A stretch of 64,000 bases of DNA from Camelus ferus (GCF_009834535.1 NC_045696.1:106890001-106954000), one strand, 5' to 3'; positions 1 to 13,770 are shown, counted from the first letter of the stretch. Notes: generated from the letters alone by a model not told the origin. A program made the numbers and translations.

Positions 1-451
1 GTCATTATCTCCGAAGGTCTGTATCATATTGGAATCTGTCAGTGCAGGTCAGGGAGTCCGCGGTGCTCTGGGCCCAGCTCGGGGACTGAATTACATTTCC
101 CGGGCACAATGGCTGCAGAATGGGTGGGTGCTTTGTCATTTAAACTGCATAAAGAGGCAGAAATTGATTTTTATTGTGGATCTTCATATCTAATAAAGCT
201 CCAAGGGGCTCTTTTCTTCTCCGATTGAATAGCCATTGAATGCTTTCAATCTAGTTCTGTGTTTCATGCCGAAACTGAATAGCGGAAAGGCAGAAAATAG
301 ATGGGGGAAAAGAGGCCAAGTCACTTTCCAGATTGAAAAGGATATGGCAGAGAAATAAATAAAAAAAATAAAATAAAATAAGACTATTTGGAAAAGCATT
401 TAAGTGGAAAGGGAACTTTCTCGATGCTCTGGGGGGGAAATTGCTTTTTGA

Positions 452-484
452 GGTGTGTGTTCGTGTGTGTGTGTGTGTGTGTGT
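452..484. repeat. (GT)n microsatellite, slightly interrupted
   Basis: ggtgtgtgttcgtgtgtgtgtgtgtgtgtgtgt seen directly. Confidence 0.95.
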
Positions 485-3203
485 CTGCATACACATGCAC
501 ACATGTGCAAATCCACTTATAGGTGTATGGGGGCAATTGGAGTACTTTATGTGCACCTATAAAAACCTATTTAAGGTCAACTGGACCAGAGCTCAAGTGC
601 TAACCACAATTTACCTCTTAAAGCCCACCCTGCCTGTCTCTAAGCCAGGGCCCCTAAAAATCTCAGCCAGAACAGACTTTCAGAGGCTCAGAGGAGGAGG
701 AATCTTCTGTGGAAGATCCTGGGCTCCAGATTCTTATCTGATGCATGCAGAAGTCAGGTCATCTCTCTATTTGATAATCTAGAAGAGAATTAAAATTCTT
801 CTAGAGTCCTCTACCTGCTGAATCCTGGCTTTCTTCCCTGAAAAGGGTTTTCCAGGACCCATGGTCACTAGGGCTTTTGAATTTTCACCCTAGACAAGCT
901 TCTAAAAGCAGCCTGCATCTTAAGAAGCCTGTGAGTATTTGTGCTTTCAGTCGTGGACCCCAAAGTCCAGCTCAACAAAATCACACACGACACCTTCTCT
1001 ATACCAGCCCTATGCTAACTGTATAATCCTCTCTGGTGTGGATACCCAGCTTTTGATGTTTGCCTCCCCAGAATCCATTCCACCTTCTTCTGTTCATTCA
1101 GGGAGCTCCCTCCTCCTTTCTCAGGCCAGTGATCTGAATGTGACCCCTCCCATCTCCAACCCTAAGAAAAGCAGCCTGTTATGTTCCTCCGGCCACTTTG
1201 GCCAGGGGAAGGCAAGTGATCTAAACTCATCTAATCAGAATAATAGATCTGCAGGAAGGAGAAGAAAAAGTGCACAATTAAGTGTGAAGAAAGGCTGAAA
1301 CGAACGTGGACAAGTTTACACAAAAAGTGTGTTCAGCAAGTGACTCGTTCTCAGGGACAGGTGCCACCCAAGTTCCCTCCCAGGGGTTCAGAGGAGCAGG
1401 GCTGCCTTGTACTCCAGTCTGTGCTGTCTTGGCACCACCAACAGCCCAGATTCTAGAGATGAGAAAAGAGGCCTCCAGTTGAGGCAACCCCGGAGCTGTT
1501 GACTGTGGAGAACCCCGCTCAGCACCGTGTAATGGGGGCTGTCCCTTTCAGGGTTTCGCAGACTCACCAGGTATGTGATGCCATTTCCAGCTGAGTCTCT
1601 TGTGCGAGCTGCTGGGTCGGGGCAGCTTCTGCTCCCTGCCCGGCCTGAGAAACAACTGCCTGCGTAGCTAAAGCGACTCTCCCTTTGGTGGGGGAGACTC
1701 TGGGCTCAACACACACTCCAGGCATCTCAACAACTCACTGTTACCCCCCATGTCTGCACTGTTGCAGTCGTCTTTCTGATTTGGATTGGCTTGTTAGATA
1801 AAAATTGAGAATATTATCCAAATCAAACCATTCTCATCTCTCTTCCCATCTCTTCCTTGTGTTTTCTGGCAGTCACTTTATCACTGAAACTCTTTAATTT
1901 TCCTGGACTCTTTCTTCAAAGGTGCCGGGAATTTAAAACATACTTCACTTCATCTGTGTGTGTGTTTAAAACCATAAAACGTATGTAATAGAAGTTGAAG
2001 ATAATTGCAAACTAGTCTTGATTTTACTAGTGTTTTATTAACAAATCTGCCTTAATCCAGGATTAAAACTGAGTGAGATTAGAGGATTTCTCTCATCTGC
2101 AGCTTGAAGCAAGATACGCAATGTAATTGACGTGCCCCCGCGCTTACCGTAAAGCTGTCCTGTTATAGTCACAGCAGTGCGAAGTGCAGCCCGGGTCCCA
2201 CCTGCCCTTGTGATGCTTGTGTGCAGTGACAAGCAAGAGGGACACCCAGCATGATTAAAGAGCTTCCTGTGCCCCTCAAAAAGGTGCCAGGACAAAATCC
2301 ACATTCTGTTAACCTCTGTGCTCTGAGTTACCTTTTCATAAGCATATAGCCTTCCCTCTAAATGAATTTAGCATTTTAATTTTAACATTACATCACAGGG
2401 CACATTATTCCACGAAAACAGACTCTTTTAATATTTTGTTTTGGTGTATTATTTATTTTCAAGTTGTTTATTATATTTTATTATGTATATTAGTAATTTT
2501 TTCGTTACTAGACGGGGAAGTGCCCTGTGCCAGGTGCGGCTGGTTCGCTCCATTGAGCAGAGCTCCAGTAACAAGTGAAGGTCACAGGGCCTCTGTTCTC
2601 ATGGGGGCTGTTCAGTTTCCTTTTGTGCCAAGGCCTCTGGCTGCACCTGTAGTCTGGACCAGCTGCCCCTCTGACAATATCATCACCCAAGGGATGTTGG
2701 AGACTCAGAGGGCATCTCCTGTGGGCAACAGGTAGTGGCGTTATATCCACAAACATTTTATCTATTGAAGGTCATCAATGCAGGGAAAAGGTCATGCTAA
2801 TCAAAGGTGACTGAGGACAAAGAAGGTCTAGGTCATCCCACAGCCCCATGGCTATGCACATAGTTCCTTTCCTGGCCTTAATCTCAATCGGAACCTCCTT
2901 GGGAAGATGCAGCTTTCATTTTGTTCATTTCAAGCACCCATACAACCCCCTTTGTCACTTTCAATTCTGTGTTTCCCATTTTAACGTCAGTAGTGTAGCG
3001 ATTAGTGAGGGGGTGGTGTGTGCACAGGGCACATTTGCATACCTGAACTCATTCTTCCACCCCTACCTCCAAGGGAGTCCAGGAGTGATTCCACCATCCA
3101 GTAGTTGACCCAAGAAGGCACACTGGTTGTCACTTTCTCTACTACTTTCTGTCCTCAGTCCTCTGTAGATAACTGATCTCAAAGTCCTGTCAAATCTCTC
3201 ATT

Positions 3204-3903
3204 ACAGCCACTGTGGAAAACTATACGGAGAGTCCTCAAAAGACTAGGAATAGACTTACCATATGACCCAGGAACCCCACTCCTGGGCATATATTCAGAA
3301 GGAGCCCTACTTCAAAATGACACCTGCACCCCAATGTTCATAGCAGCACTATTTACAATAGCCAAGACATGGAAACAGCCTAAATGTCTATCGACAGATG
3401 ACTAGATAAAGAAGATGTGGTATATTTATACAATGGAATACTATTCAGCCACAAAAACTGACAATATAATGCCATTTACAGCAATATGGATGTCCCTGGA
3501 GGATGTCATTCTAAGTGAAGTAAGCCAGAAAGAGAAAGAAAAATACCATATGAGATTGTGCATATGTGGAATCTTAAAAAAAAAAATGAACATAAATACA
3601 AAACAGAAACAGACTCATAGACATAGAATACAAACTGTGGTTGCCAAGGGGGAGGGGTATGGGAAGGGACAGACTGGGAGTTCAAAATTTGTAGATACTG
3701 ACAGGCATATGCAGAACAGATAAACAAGATTATACTGTATAGTGCAGGGAAATACATACAAGATCTTATGGCAGCTCACAGAGAAAAAAATGTGACAATG
3801 AATATATGCAAGTTCATGTATAACTGAAAAATCGTGCTCTACACTGGAATTTGACACAGCATTGTAAAATGAGTATAACTCAATTAAAAAATGTTAAAAA
3901 AAA
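3204..3903 (+). mobile_element. 5'-truncated young LINE-1 3' end (ORF2 C-terminus, 3'UTR, A-tail), camelid/artiodactyl type
   Basis: Encodes L1 ORF2 C-terminal motifs (LPYDP, CTPMFIAALFTIAKTW, MWYIYTMEYYSA) and ends in tataactcaattaaaaaatgttaaaaaaaa. Confidence 0.93.
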
Positions 3904-4035
3904 GAATTTGTTCATTTTTAATGAGGATACTCAGTTATAGATTAGTAATAATAACAATAATAATAGTAATAATAGCAACTAACTTCTTTGGAGTTCTTCC
4001 TATGTTCTAGGCCCCATTCTTTACATATTTGAGCT

Positions 4036-4040
<5 letters not shown>

Positions 4041-4074
<34 letters not shown>

Positions 4075-4093
4075 TATATATTTTAATATATAT
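4041..4093. repeat. (TA)n microsatellite
   Basis: Long tatata run seen directly. Confidence 0.95.
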
Positions 4094-4098
4094 GTTTA

Positions 4099-4565
4099 CA
4101 CAGACAGTGGAATACTACCCAACCATTAAAAAAGAATGAAATAATGCCATTTGCAACAAAACAGATGGATCTGGAGATGGTCATTCTAAGTGAAGTAAGC
4201 CAGAAAGAGAAAGAAAAACACCGTATGATATCACTTACATGTGGAATCTAAAAAAAAATGATATAAATGAACTTATTTGCAAAATAGAAACATACTCATA
4301 GACATAGAGAACAAATTAATGATTACCAGGGGAAGAGAGGGGGTGTGAAGGGATAAACTGGGAGTTCGGGATTTGCGATACTAAATACTATATATAAAGT
4401 AGATAAACAGTAAGGTCCTACTGTAGAGCACAGGGAACTATAATAAATACCTTGTAATAGCCTATAACGAAAAATAATATATACATATATATAACTGAAT
4501 CTCTATGCTGTACACCAGAATTAACACCACATTGTAAACTGATTATACTTGAATTTTAAAAAAAT
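4099..4565 (+). mobile_element. LINE-1 3' end (artiodactyl type)
   Basis: gtggaatactac...gaatgaaataatgccatttgcaac...ctaagtgaagtaagccagaaagagaaag...cattgtaaactgattatacttgaattttaaaaaaa; homologous to the 10572 and 55572 copies. Confidence 0.9.
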
Positions 4566-4769
4566 AACCAATTAAGGTGTTGGGGGAATCCAGGGTAGGA
4601 TACGGACCGAGACAAATGAATCTAACTGTATGACCTGTGTTTGACATAGGCTCACGGAAGAGCATGTGGTGAAAAGGAGCTGACCTGAGTAGTTCTGGCA
4701 AACAGTGTCTAGGCTGGATCAAAAGGCTAGGGACAAAAAAGTACCATCCGTAAAGCTGATACATCTATT

Positions 4770-5912
4770 TCTCCTAGGTGTATGGGTTAGCAGTCATGAA
4801 ACTACATGTATGCCAGGATTGAAAATTAAGTACATAATAGGAGCCAGTTTTCTCACTGTCGTGGAAAGGATCACAAACAAAAAAGCAGGGAACCTGGAGT
4901 GGATTCTGCGGTGCTGAGTTTGAGGTTACCAGTGTGAAGTCTTGTTTAAGAGAGAGATTTGTGCATATGCATGGGTTAGGATGCACACGTCTATTTCCTA
5001 GTTCAGTCCCCTAGTAGGCCTAGGGAAAAAGATGAAGCAAAAGATGCCATTATATCAAAAGGAGCAAGGAGCCAACCAGAAAAATCTCCCAAACGTCAAA
5101 GCTGGAACAATAAGCTTTGCTTGTTGCTCTGGTTGAACAACAAAATTAATTACAATCGTATTGGATTATAATCCAAAGAATAAAATAAATATCTATGAGT
5201 CCAAATTGATGCAAACAAATGATTGAATAAATAAACAAATGGGGGGATAATGATCAAGTTTCCCTTACAAAAGAAATTTAAGTAATACATGTCTCCTCTC
5301 CGAGAGTTGGGGCTGGACTCAATGATCTATGTCCAAAGGATGGAATATGGAAAGGAAAAGATAATAAGTTCACAGAAGAGAAACCCGAGAGGCAACAGAC
5401 ACACCTTAAGCAAAAAATGGATGTTAAGATGTTAGGTGCTCTGCAATAGACAGGGTGCTTCATCTCTGGGGATTCTACCCCCACACCCATAACACCAGTC
5501 TGATGACAAGAAAACATCAGGCAGACCCCAAATGAGGGACATTACAAAATATAAAACCAGTGTTCTTCAAAACTGCCAAGGTCATGGCAAACAAAGAAAT
5601 ACTGAGAAACTGTCACAGATCAGAGGAAACTAAAGAGATATTATGACTAAATGCCATGTCGTATTCTGGACTGGATCCCGAAATAGACAAAAGGGCACTA
5701 GTGGAAAACCTGATGAAATCTGAATAAAGTCTATATTTCATCAATAGCATTGAACCAATGTTAATTTCTTAGTTTCGACACACGTACTGTGGTTATATAA
5801 GATGTTAATATTCCCCAGTATTTGGGAAAGCTGGATGAACGGTATGTACAAACTCTGTACTCTTTGCAACTCTTCTAGAAATATAAAATAATTCCAAAAT
5901 AAAAAAAAATTG
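4770..5912 (+). mobile_element. Old L1MC/L1MD-type 3' region
   Basis: Typical L1MC/MD 3'UTR motifs (ttcaaaactgccaaggtcatg...gagaaactgtcacagatcagaggaaactaaagaga...ctttgcaactcttct...ttccaaaataaaa). Confidence 0.75.
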
Positions 5913-6849
5913 TTTTAAGTATCTGAAATTGTTATTGCTCCAGATACATACAAATATATTTTTTATTTTTAAAACATGTAAAGATATTACCTATTCAAAA
6001 AAATCAAATTTAAAAATAAAATAAGCACTGCATCATTACAGTGTGTTTCTGAAGGTATCAGGGTTATAAATTTCCTGCCTTTCTTATTCTGCATTATTTT
6101 AATGCATTGTTTTTGTTTCCATAATAATTAGGATTTAAATCTGGGAAAATGTCAATTTGAGTTTTGTGCAAATATTCCTCCTCTATTCCTCTTTTTTGGT
6201 CTTCAGGCCTGAACTCCAATTTGGGGTAGATTCAGAAATAAAAGAAATGAATCCTCTCCAATTGAAATTCATTGGCAATGCCTGAAATGGGTCCCTCCCC
6301 GGGGTTTAACTGAGACGAAGGGCTTGGGTCTGGGCAGAAAAAGGAATAGAAACAGCAAACAAATACTCCAAGCAAACTTGCCATACAGAAACTTTCAGCA
6401 AAGTTGCCTGTTTCACTGGGAAAGGTTGGTCAGAGAACTAATTTAGATATCTACTTCCTTCCAGATTTGTTTCGTGCTCATTTCGGCTGAAATATACAAA
6501 TCACTGATGGCAGATAGAGGCGTGAGCTTCTCTGCCATAATAGGTAATTCTAGGTATACAATCAGGTGTTTTGTGGCTGTCACATAAGCAGCCCCTGACA
6601 AACGTCACTGTCAATGAAGCTTGACACAAATTTATGAGGCCCCTTCTGCCCACCTCTTGTGCCAAAGCGTCAGGCACAACACATCATCTGTGACAGTGCA
6701 GCATTAAGCAAATTAATGTTCTGGAGTTTTTAAAATAATTTTTTTAAGCAAGAAATTTATTTTTCAGGCATGATTAGGGAGAAAAATTGTGGCAATCAAA
6801 TGTGGGGGTGGCTCTCGGCACTGTAAACAGATTCCACAGGGCTGGGCTC

Positions 6850-7090
6850 ACTCCTTGTAACCATGTCTTCCATATGGATCCTCAGAGAGGTCTTTCCTAA
6901 CCATCTTATCAAAAAACCGCTTTCTCCCCTCATTGCCTCCATCACTCTCTACTGTTCTGCTGCTTTAATTTTTCTTAGCACTTAATTCTTCTCAGTATTA
7001 CTCACAGATTCATTCCCTGCCTGGCCCACTAGAATAAAGACTTTCCACAGGGTAAACAGTGCCTAGAATAGCGTCCTGGCTGCCAGCAGG
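6850..7090 (+). mobile_element. L2 3' fragment
   Basis: cctcagagaggtctttcctaaccatc...cccactagaataaagactttccacaggg...cagtgcctagaatagcgtcctggc. Confidence 0.6.
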
Positions 7091-7814
7091 GCTATTCACA
7101 GATACCCCAGTTCATGTCATTCCAGATACATTTGCTACACAGCTCGCTTTGGCCAATAAGATTTAAGTAGAAGTAACACCTAACACTTTCAAATAGAACC
7201 TTAAAGAGCCAGTGCATGGTTCGTGGTGTTCCCGTCCCCCTGCTGCAGAGGTCAGGGAAACCCGTGCCAAGATGGGACCTGAGCACAAGTCCTGTGACAG
7301 CTCGCAGTGGACACGTGTTAGGGAAAAAGAGATGTGTGCTCCTTTAAACCCCCAAGCTCTGGGGAGTGGTTTGTTAGTTATTCCACATCACCTGACCTAT
7401 CCTGACTGGCACAGTGCTTGAATGAAGAAATGAGTGAACACAATCAACAGTCAAGATGATCTGCTCAGCCTGGCAGCACACCTTTCTGACATCGGCAACC
7501 ACAGACCAGATTTGCCCACAGCCAATAAGAGAACAAGCCCAGGGCCAAGACCAGGACTGCAAGCCCAGGACAGAGAACGCAGGGCAAAGTGAAGGACTGA
7601 CTGACCATGTCACAGGTCCAGTCTAACTCCACAGCCGGGGGGTCACATCCAGTATGCTTCCTCTCAGTCTGTTATTTGCTTAGAAAAGCAATCTTCCATG
7701 AACCATGGTGGAGGGAGTTGCATTTCTAGTGCAGAAGCCTGGGTGAGGTGTTGGGAAGAAGGAAGCCCAGGACCTCCCTGGTTCCCCCAACTAGTCAGCC
7801 CCCTCTGATGGTTC

Positions 7815-8040
7815 TAAAAGTGTAGCTTTGGACCGCTGCTGGGCTTGGGCTCAAATCTCTACTACTCTCTAGCTGTGTGACCTCTGGAGTTTATTTAACC
7901 TCTCTGAGCTTCCATTTTCTTATCTGTAAAATGTGGACAATAAGAACCCCCTACCTCATTGGGCAGTGAGAATTAGGTAGCAAAACACACAACCCTTGAC
8001 TATGTTCAGCACAGAATATGTGCTCACTAAATGCTGGCTA
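7815..8040 (+). mobile_element. MIR SINE
   Basis: MIR core ctagctgtgtgacc...ttaacctctctgagcttccattttcttatctgtaaaatg. Confidence 0.85.
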
Positions 8041-9134
8041 CTGATATGAGTATTTTCCGAAACTCTAGAAACCTCTCAGGTGAGAGCTACAGGACAAATC
8101 CCAGGAAAGGAGGAGTCACCGTCTCAGAAAGGATCAAACCTGGTAGAAACGAATGAAGAAATAATTCTCCTCAAACAACCAAAATGGCCCAGAGTCTAAA
8201 ATAATTTGAATTCAATAAAAGCCAGAAGGACACAGAACAGCCCGGCAGCAGCCACTCCACACGGTTCGGCGCGTCGCTAAGGAACGTTCATGCTGGTCGT
8301 GTTTGTTATTTTTGGTGTTATCATATTTTTGCACAGACCTTTTAATCTCAGAAATTAAATGAGTACTCTAGAAGGTTACAGGACTTCTCAACCCCCCTCC
8401 CTTTGGTTGTATTTCCTTTTGAGACATTTTAAAAGTTTTCAGTTAAAAAAAAAGCTGTAAAAGGCTACGTTGAATTACATGATACATTGAAATTAAAATG
8501 AAATTTTAAATTATCATGCAGGTTGGGATGATGTAGAATGAGTGATAATAAATAAAGGTTAAAAGGATGATGGCAGATCCTTTTTCATGGTTTTTATTTT
8601 TTTCTCTTTCTGTTGTTTATGAAAAAACCTCAGAAGATTAAAAATAATATTTCTTTCTGTATTGATTTTTTTCTTTTCCCATTTGGCCAACATTAATTTA
8701 TTTCCTGTGTTTCTATTGGAGCTGATATTAATATAGCTTTATTTATTTATTTCATCCCCTGGCCATCAGCATTTGTGATGACAGCCCAGGCCGCAGGACA
8801 GCAGCCAGACTGCTCCAGGGGTGGTGGCATTCCTGGGGGCAATAGTGCAGAATCTTGTTCCCACCCATCTCTCCCTAGTGTCTACAGAGAAAGGCTTCTG
8901 GCCTCCATTACGCAAGATACAAGGGACGTCTAGCCCAATCTGCCTCCCTGTAAAGGCTACTCCAGAACCATTCCTAAGCCCTGCTCACATGGCCCCCTAG
9001 GCTTGGAATTTCTCTCCGTTCCTCTCCTGCCTTCCTTAAGGCCCCAGCTCAGATTCTGTCTTTTGGGATGAAGGGTGCCCTGATCTCTCCTTTATGGGGA
9101 ACACCAACCTCCCAGCAAAGTAAGTATCTAGCGT

Positions 9135-9365
9135 ATAAAACACTTTGGTGTGCTGGACCCTGCGCCACGTGCTGGGGATCCAGCAGTGACTGAGACATAG
9201 GTCCTGCCCTGGAGAACCTCCCGTCCAGCTGGGGAGACACAGTCGTGGTGCTGCAGGGCCAAGGCTTCTCTGTGGGAGCGTGGAGGAGGGGGACAGGGTG
9301 CTTAAGCCAGGTTGGGGCCAGGACAGACCTCCAGACAGAGGTGATGGCTGAGCTGAGTCTTGAAA
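9135..9365 (-). mobile_element. L2 fragment
   Basis: gtgctggggatccagcagtgactgagacataggtcctgccctggagaacctcccgtccagctggggagaca matches the L2 3' end, antisense. Confidence 0.6.
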
Positions 9366-9970
9366 GAAACAATGGAATGAATGGAGGACATTGGAAAATG
9401 GCACCAAGGACTTGCTCAAAGTAGCACATCACGTTGGTTAGGACGGGACTGAAACAGGTTCCCAGGTGTATGGCTGAGCCCAGCCCCCTCCTAGTTCATG
9501 GCTGTTAGTCAAACCATGCTCTGGGTTTATTAGTTACAATGTTTGATAATTTACATCTAATGTAACAGAATCTTCTGGAATCACTGCTAAAGCCCAAAGA
9601 AACTAATAGTGGAGAAGTCCAGCATGTGGCAGAGAAAATTTTGAGGGCCCAAATGCCTTTCTTTAGGTGTGACTATTGCGCACCAGCACACTGCTGTCAG
9701 CTCACCATCATGAGGTACTGGGGTTCCCCAGAGAGCCTAAGACTCCCTGTTCACACAGACGTGACGAGAATCCCACTCCTCACCTCAGAGCGTCAGCTCC
9801 CCCCAGGGGGGTGGCGTTGGCTCTGGATCTCAGTATCCGGAAGAGAACATATGCTCTTTTAGCCCTTCTCTCCTACCATTCTTTTCTTCTGGAACCTTCT
9901 GCCAAAATCTGCATGCAGATTGTTTCCCAGAGGACTCTCTACTCATTCACCAAGACCTTGGCAAGACTTC

Positions 9971-10369
9971 TGTATTAAAGGAAATGCTGACTGCTGTAAT
10001 AATTAAACCAAAAAGAATAATGGTTCCAACATGTTAAGACATTTCTTGTTTGCTCAAGCAAAATCTAAAATGGCTCCTCCTGATTGGCAGGTGGCTTTCT
10101 TCCAAGCAATGAGGTAAGGACCCAGGGTCCTTCCATCTTGTGGCTCTGCTATCCTCAACACATGGCTCCCAAGGTCACCAATGCTTGCCTGTATTAGGTT
10201 TGTAGGAGAAAGAGCACAGAGGATATAACAGTTCAGCCCAAATGCACATCACTTCCATTCAAATTTCAGTTCTAGAACATAGCCATATGGCCACATCTAA
10301 CTGTGTATTGTCTGGCTGTGTCCAAAAAAAGAGAAAATAGTTGTGTTAACAACTAGCTAGTCTTCCCCA
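9971..10369 (-). mobile_element. MaLR solo LTR (MLT1K/L-like)
   Basis: ggacccagggtccttccatcttgtggctctgctatcctcaacacatggctcccaaggtcacc...cacatcacttcc...ggccacatctaactg. Confidence 0.75.
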
Positions 10370-10571
10370 AATTATATGATTTCCAGTCTTAGAATCCATG
10401 GAGACTCAGTAGTAAAGAGCTATTAATCTCTGGATACAACTGTAGGCTTTGGAAGATTACTAAGGGATGGCATGATCCATTTTTTCCTGCAGAAAAAGCA
10501 AATGGTTCACATAACAAATAAATCATGGAGCCTTCTCCGTCTGATTCCAAAGCCACTAGGATATGTCATGT

Positions 10572-11234
10572 CAGACTACAAATAGACTTATCATATGATC
10601 CAGCAATCCCACTCCTGAGCATATATCCAGAGGGAACTTTAATTCAAAAAGATACATGCACCTCAGTGTTCATAGCAGCACTATTTACAATAGCCAAGAC
10701 ATGGAAGCAACTGAAATGTCCATTGACAGATGACTGGATCAAGATGTTGTGGTATATTTATACAGTGGAATACTACTCAGCCATAAAAAGAATAAAATGT
10801 CATTTGCAGCAACATGGATGGACCTAGAGATCATCATTCTAAGTGAAGTAAGCCAGAAAGAGAAAGGAAAAATACCATATGATAGCACTTATATGTGGAA
10901 TCTAAAAAAAAAAAAAAAAAAGACAAATGAACTTATTTACAAAATAGAAACAAACTCACAGAAACAGAAAACAATTTATGGTTACCAGGGGAGAAGGGAG
11001 TTGAATGGGATAAATTGCAAGTTCAAGATTTTCAGATAGTAACTACTATATATAAAATAGATAAACAAGTTTATCCTGTATAGCGCAGGGAACTATATTC
11101 AATATCTTGTAACCTATAATGAAAAAGAATATGAAAACAAATATACATGTATATACGTATGTCCGAACTGTTAACGCTGTACACCAGAAATTGACACAGC
11201 ATTGTAAACTGACTATACTTCAATTAAAAAAAAA
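10572..11234 (+). mobile_element. 5'-truncated young LINE-1 3' end
   Basis: ORF 10525-10827 gives DLSYDPAIPLL...FIAALFTIAKTWKQLKCP...WYIYTVEYYSAIK (ORF2 C-terminus); ends gactatacttcaattaaaaaaaaa. Confidence 0.93.
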
Positions 11235-11425
11235 CACAGTGAGGATATTTAGATAAAATCCCTAATCTCAAGGAGCTTACAGGTGAAAGGTAGTGGAGAA
11301 CAATTAGATGCTTACTGATTCAGAGTCTACTATTTATTTCTAACTCGAAAATGCTCATCACTTTCATTTTTTCACCAATGTAAGACCCTTTGCACTGTCT
11401 ATAGGTATTAACTCTTATGCCAGCC

Positions 11426-11845
11426 TCTAGTGGTAATTACTGGTGCATTTCACCAAATATTTCTGGTTCTTCTCACTTCCAGGCACATGATAGAATTGTA
11501 CTCCCCTTCCCCTTGAAGTTAGTTGTAGCCAAATGATTTCCTTTGGGTAATAAAATGCAGATGGACATGGAAGTGACATATTACACTTTTAGGGAGAAAT
11601 TTCAAGAACCAAGGCACGATTTTCCAGAGCTCTCTTTTCCTTCAAGGTGACTACCAGCAACATTCAAGACGTTGGGTATTCCATCAGCTTGGACCCTGAG
11701 GTGAGGATTCACGGTGCAGAGTCCCCAGCCACCCTGCACTGGACCTGCAGTGCAGAAGGAGCGTGAAAAAGACATTTACTATTAGGAACCACTAAGCTTT
11801 TGCTGTTTTTGTTACTGATGTATAAACTAGCCTAACCTAATACAC
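11426..11845 (+). mobile_element. MaLR solo LTR (MLT1I/J-like)
   Basis: cttccaggcacatgatagaattgtactccccttccccttgaagttag...gttactgatgtataaactagcctaacctaataca. Confidence 0.75.
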
Positions 11846-12764
11846 CTCTCCCTGGGAAGTATGACACCCAGATATTTAAATGCATGACCATTTATTTAGT
11901 GGAATTCTTGGCTTAAAGAAAAAATGTTTTAAGGCAAATAGATTTCTTTGGACTTATTACAGAAGTACAAATAGACTCCAGACTTATGAATTTACTGCCT
12001 TGTGGAATGGTGGTCTCTCCTTCCATCTCATAGCCATCAGAGAACTCCAAAGCTTAGGCTAATTCTCATGATGTTCTGATCTATACTGTTAAAAAAAAAA
12101 AAAAAAAAAAAAACAAGGAAGAAAAACAAACTTGACCTCTTTAAGCACTGGACTGGAACAGCCTGCAGAAGCAGAAACGTACCATGCTCAAAGCAATAAG
12201 AACCCAATTCATGACTAACTGTGTGTAAGAGAGGAAAGTGTGTAGGTGGAGGTCAGAGCAAGGCTGGTGGCCCTTGTAAAGCCGTGGTCCCAACAGGCAG
12301 GTCCAAATAGGAAGTGAAGGATGTAGCCGAATTCCAGGAGGCAGCAGGCAGAAATCTCTTCTCCTTTGCCTTCTTTTTGGACCAGGCAGAAGTAGCAGGG
12401 TGAAGACTGAATTCAAATCAGTTAAAGAAACAGTGATGAGCAGGCTAGGAGCTCCAGGTAAAAACAGCACGCTATAAACTAAGATCAACTGAGGCAGCTC
12501 ATCCAGTAGGGTGAAAGGCCCCGAGGAGAATCTGTTTAGGAAAAGAGTCACAAAAACTCAAGTTCAGTCACATAGCAGGAACAGCTCAGCCAGAGAAGTC
12601 TCCTCCCAGACCAAGGGCAGGCAAGTTGAAGTTTGAGTCCCAGTAACCAGTGACAAGGAAATAATCATTAACAGTGACCGGGGACTGCTAAAGTTAAAAG
12701 GAAAGGCCTTATTAATCACTTTTAACCTCAGCATATTTCTGCCTCTTATTTGGAGGAGGGGAGA

Positions 12765-12885
12765 AATAGCATGTGGTGTTGGATTTTGGAGTCTGCTTTC
12801 CCTGGGTTAGACTTCTGCACTGCTGATGAACTTGGGCAAGTTTCCCAACCTCTCTGATCCTCAGTTTCCTTTCTATAAAATAAGC
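12765..12885 (+). mobile_element. MIR fragment
   Basis: cttgggcaagtttcccaacctctctgatcctcagtttcc. Confidence 0.75.
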
Positions 12886-13597
12886 ATACTCATATGCAAA
12901 TGAAATGGAGTGTTCTTGCTGGCCAGGGGCAAGACTCAGTACCTTTAGGTCAATGGTGACAACCCCTCCTGCAGAATCTGTCTGCAGGAGATGGGGAGCC
13001 TCTGCATTTGTTTGGCAGAAAAAGAAGGGGGGCAGTAGGGTGTTTCAGGGCAGAGACTCCTTCTCCTAGAGGGAGAAGACCTTGGGGAGAATGGTCTGGT
13101 AGGTGCGTTGCGATGTTGTCTGTTGCCTTGCTGGTCTAGAGGGTGGTGAGAGAAGGGAACTGAAGGAGCTGCATGCAGGGAATTTGTGCAAAACAGGACA
13201 GCACCTGTGTTTCTGCTGTTGGGCTTGGGTCATCCAGGGAAGCCTAAAGTGGCCGCGGGGGGACCATCCTCTTACCTGATGCCCCACCCCTCAGGCCCAC
13301 ACTGCACATCTGTACTCACAGAATGGTCAGCGTCAGACATCCAGTTCACAGAGACAACATCTGTACACCATTAGGATTGTGGCTGCCATGGTCCTTCCCC
13401 AGCATGCCGTCTCTTTCATTCAGTCTTCCAAGAAGTATTTCTTTTGAAATGTGGGTTTGGTGTCCCTTAAACAGACTCTAATTTCTTAAAAATCATTTCC
13501 ATTTATCTAGAAAATAAAATATGAGTGGATCTTCCCTAACTCCTTTCAGTTTCCTCATGCTGTGGCAATTCTAAAGTGGAGAACAGCCACCACAACC

Positions 13598-13770
13598 CGG
13601 TGTTTTCCAAAAGCCAGTCTATGTCTAGGCGCTAGGCCGCCTGCCTAAGAATTACTTGGGGAACGTCTCAGAATGGGAGATTTGCAAGCTCTCCCTTGAG
13701 AAATTCAGATTCGACAGATCTAGAAGATTCCACAAGTGATTGTGACATAGTCTGGATTGAGAACCACTAT
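13598..13770. mobile_element. MER5-like hAT-Charlie non-autonomous DNA transposon
   Basis: Degenerate TIRs ccggtgttttccaaa ... ttgagaaccact; internal agaattacttgggga and caagtgattgtga. Confidence 0.55.

Noticed and set aside
3190..3916. Possible TSD of the first L1 (aaatctctcatt / aatttgttcatt)
   Set aside because: Too many mismatches for an otherwise young element.
12091..12113. Isolated 23-nt poly-A as a retrocopy tail
   Set aside because: No recognisable upstream element, poly-A signal or TSD.
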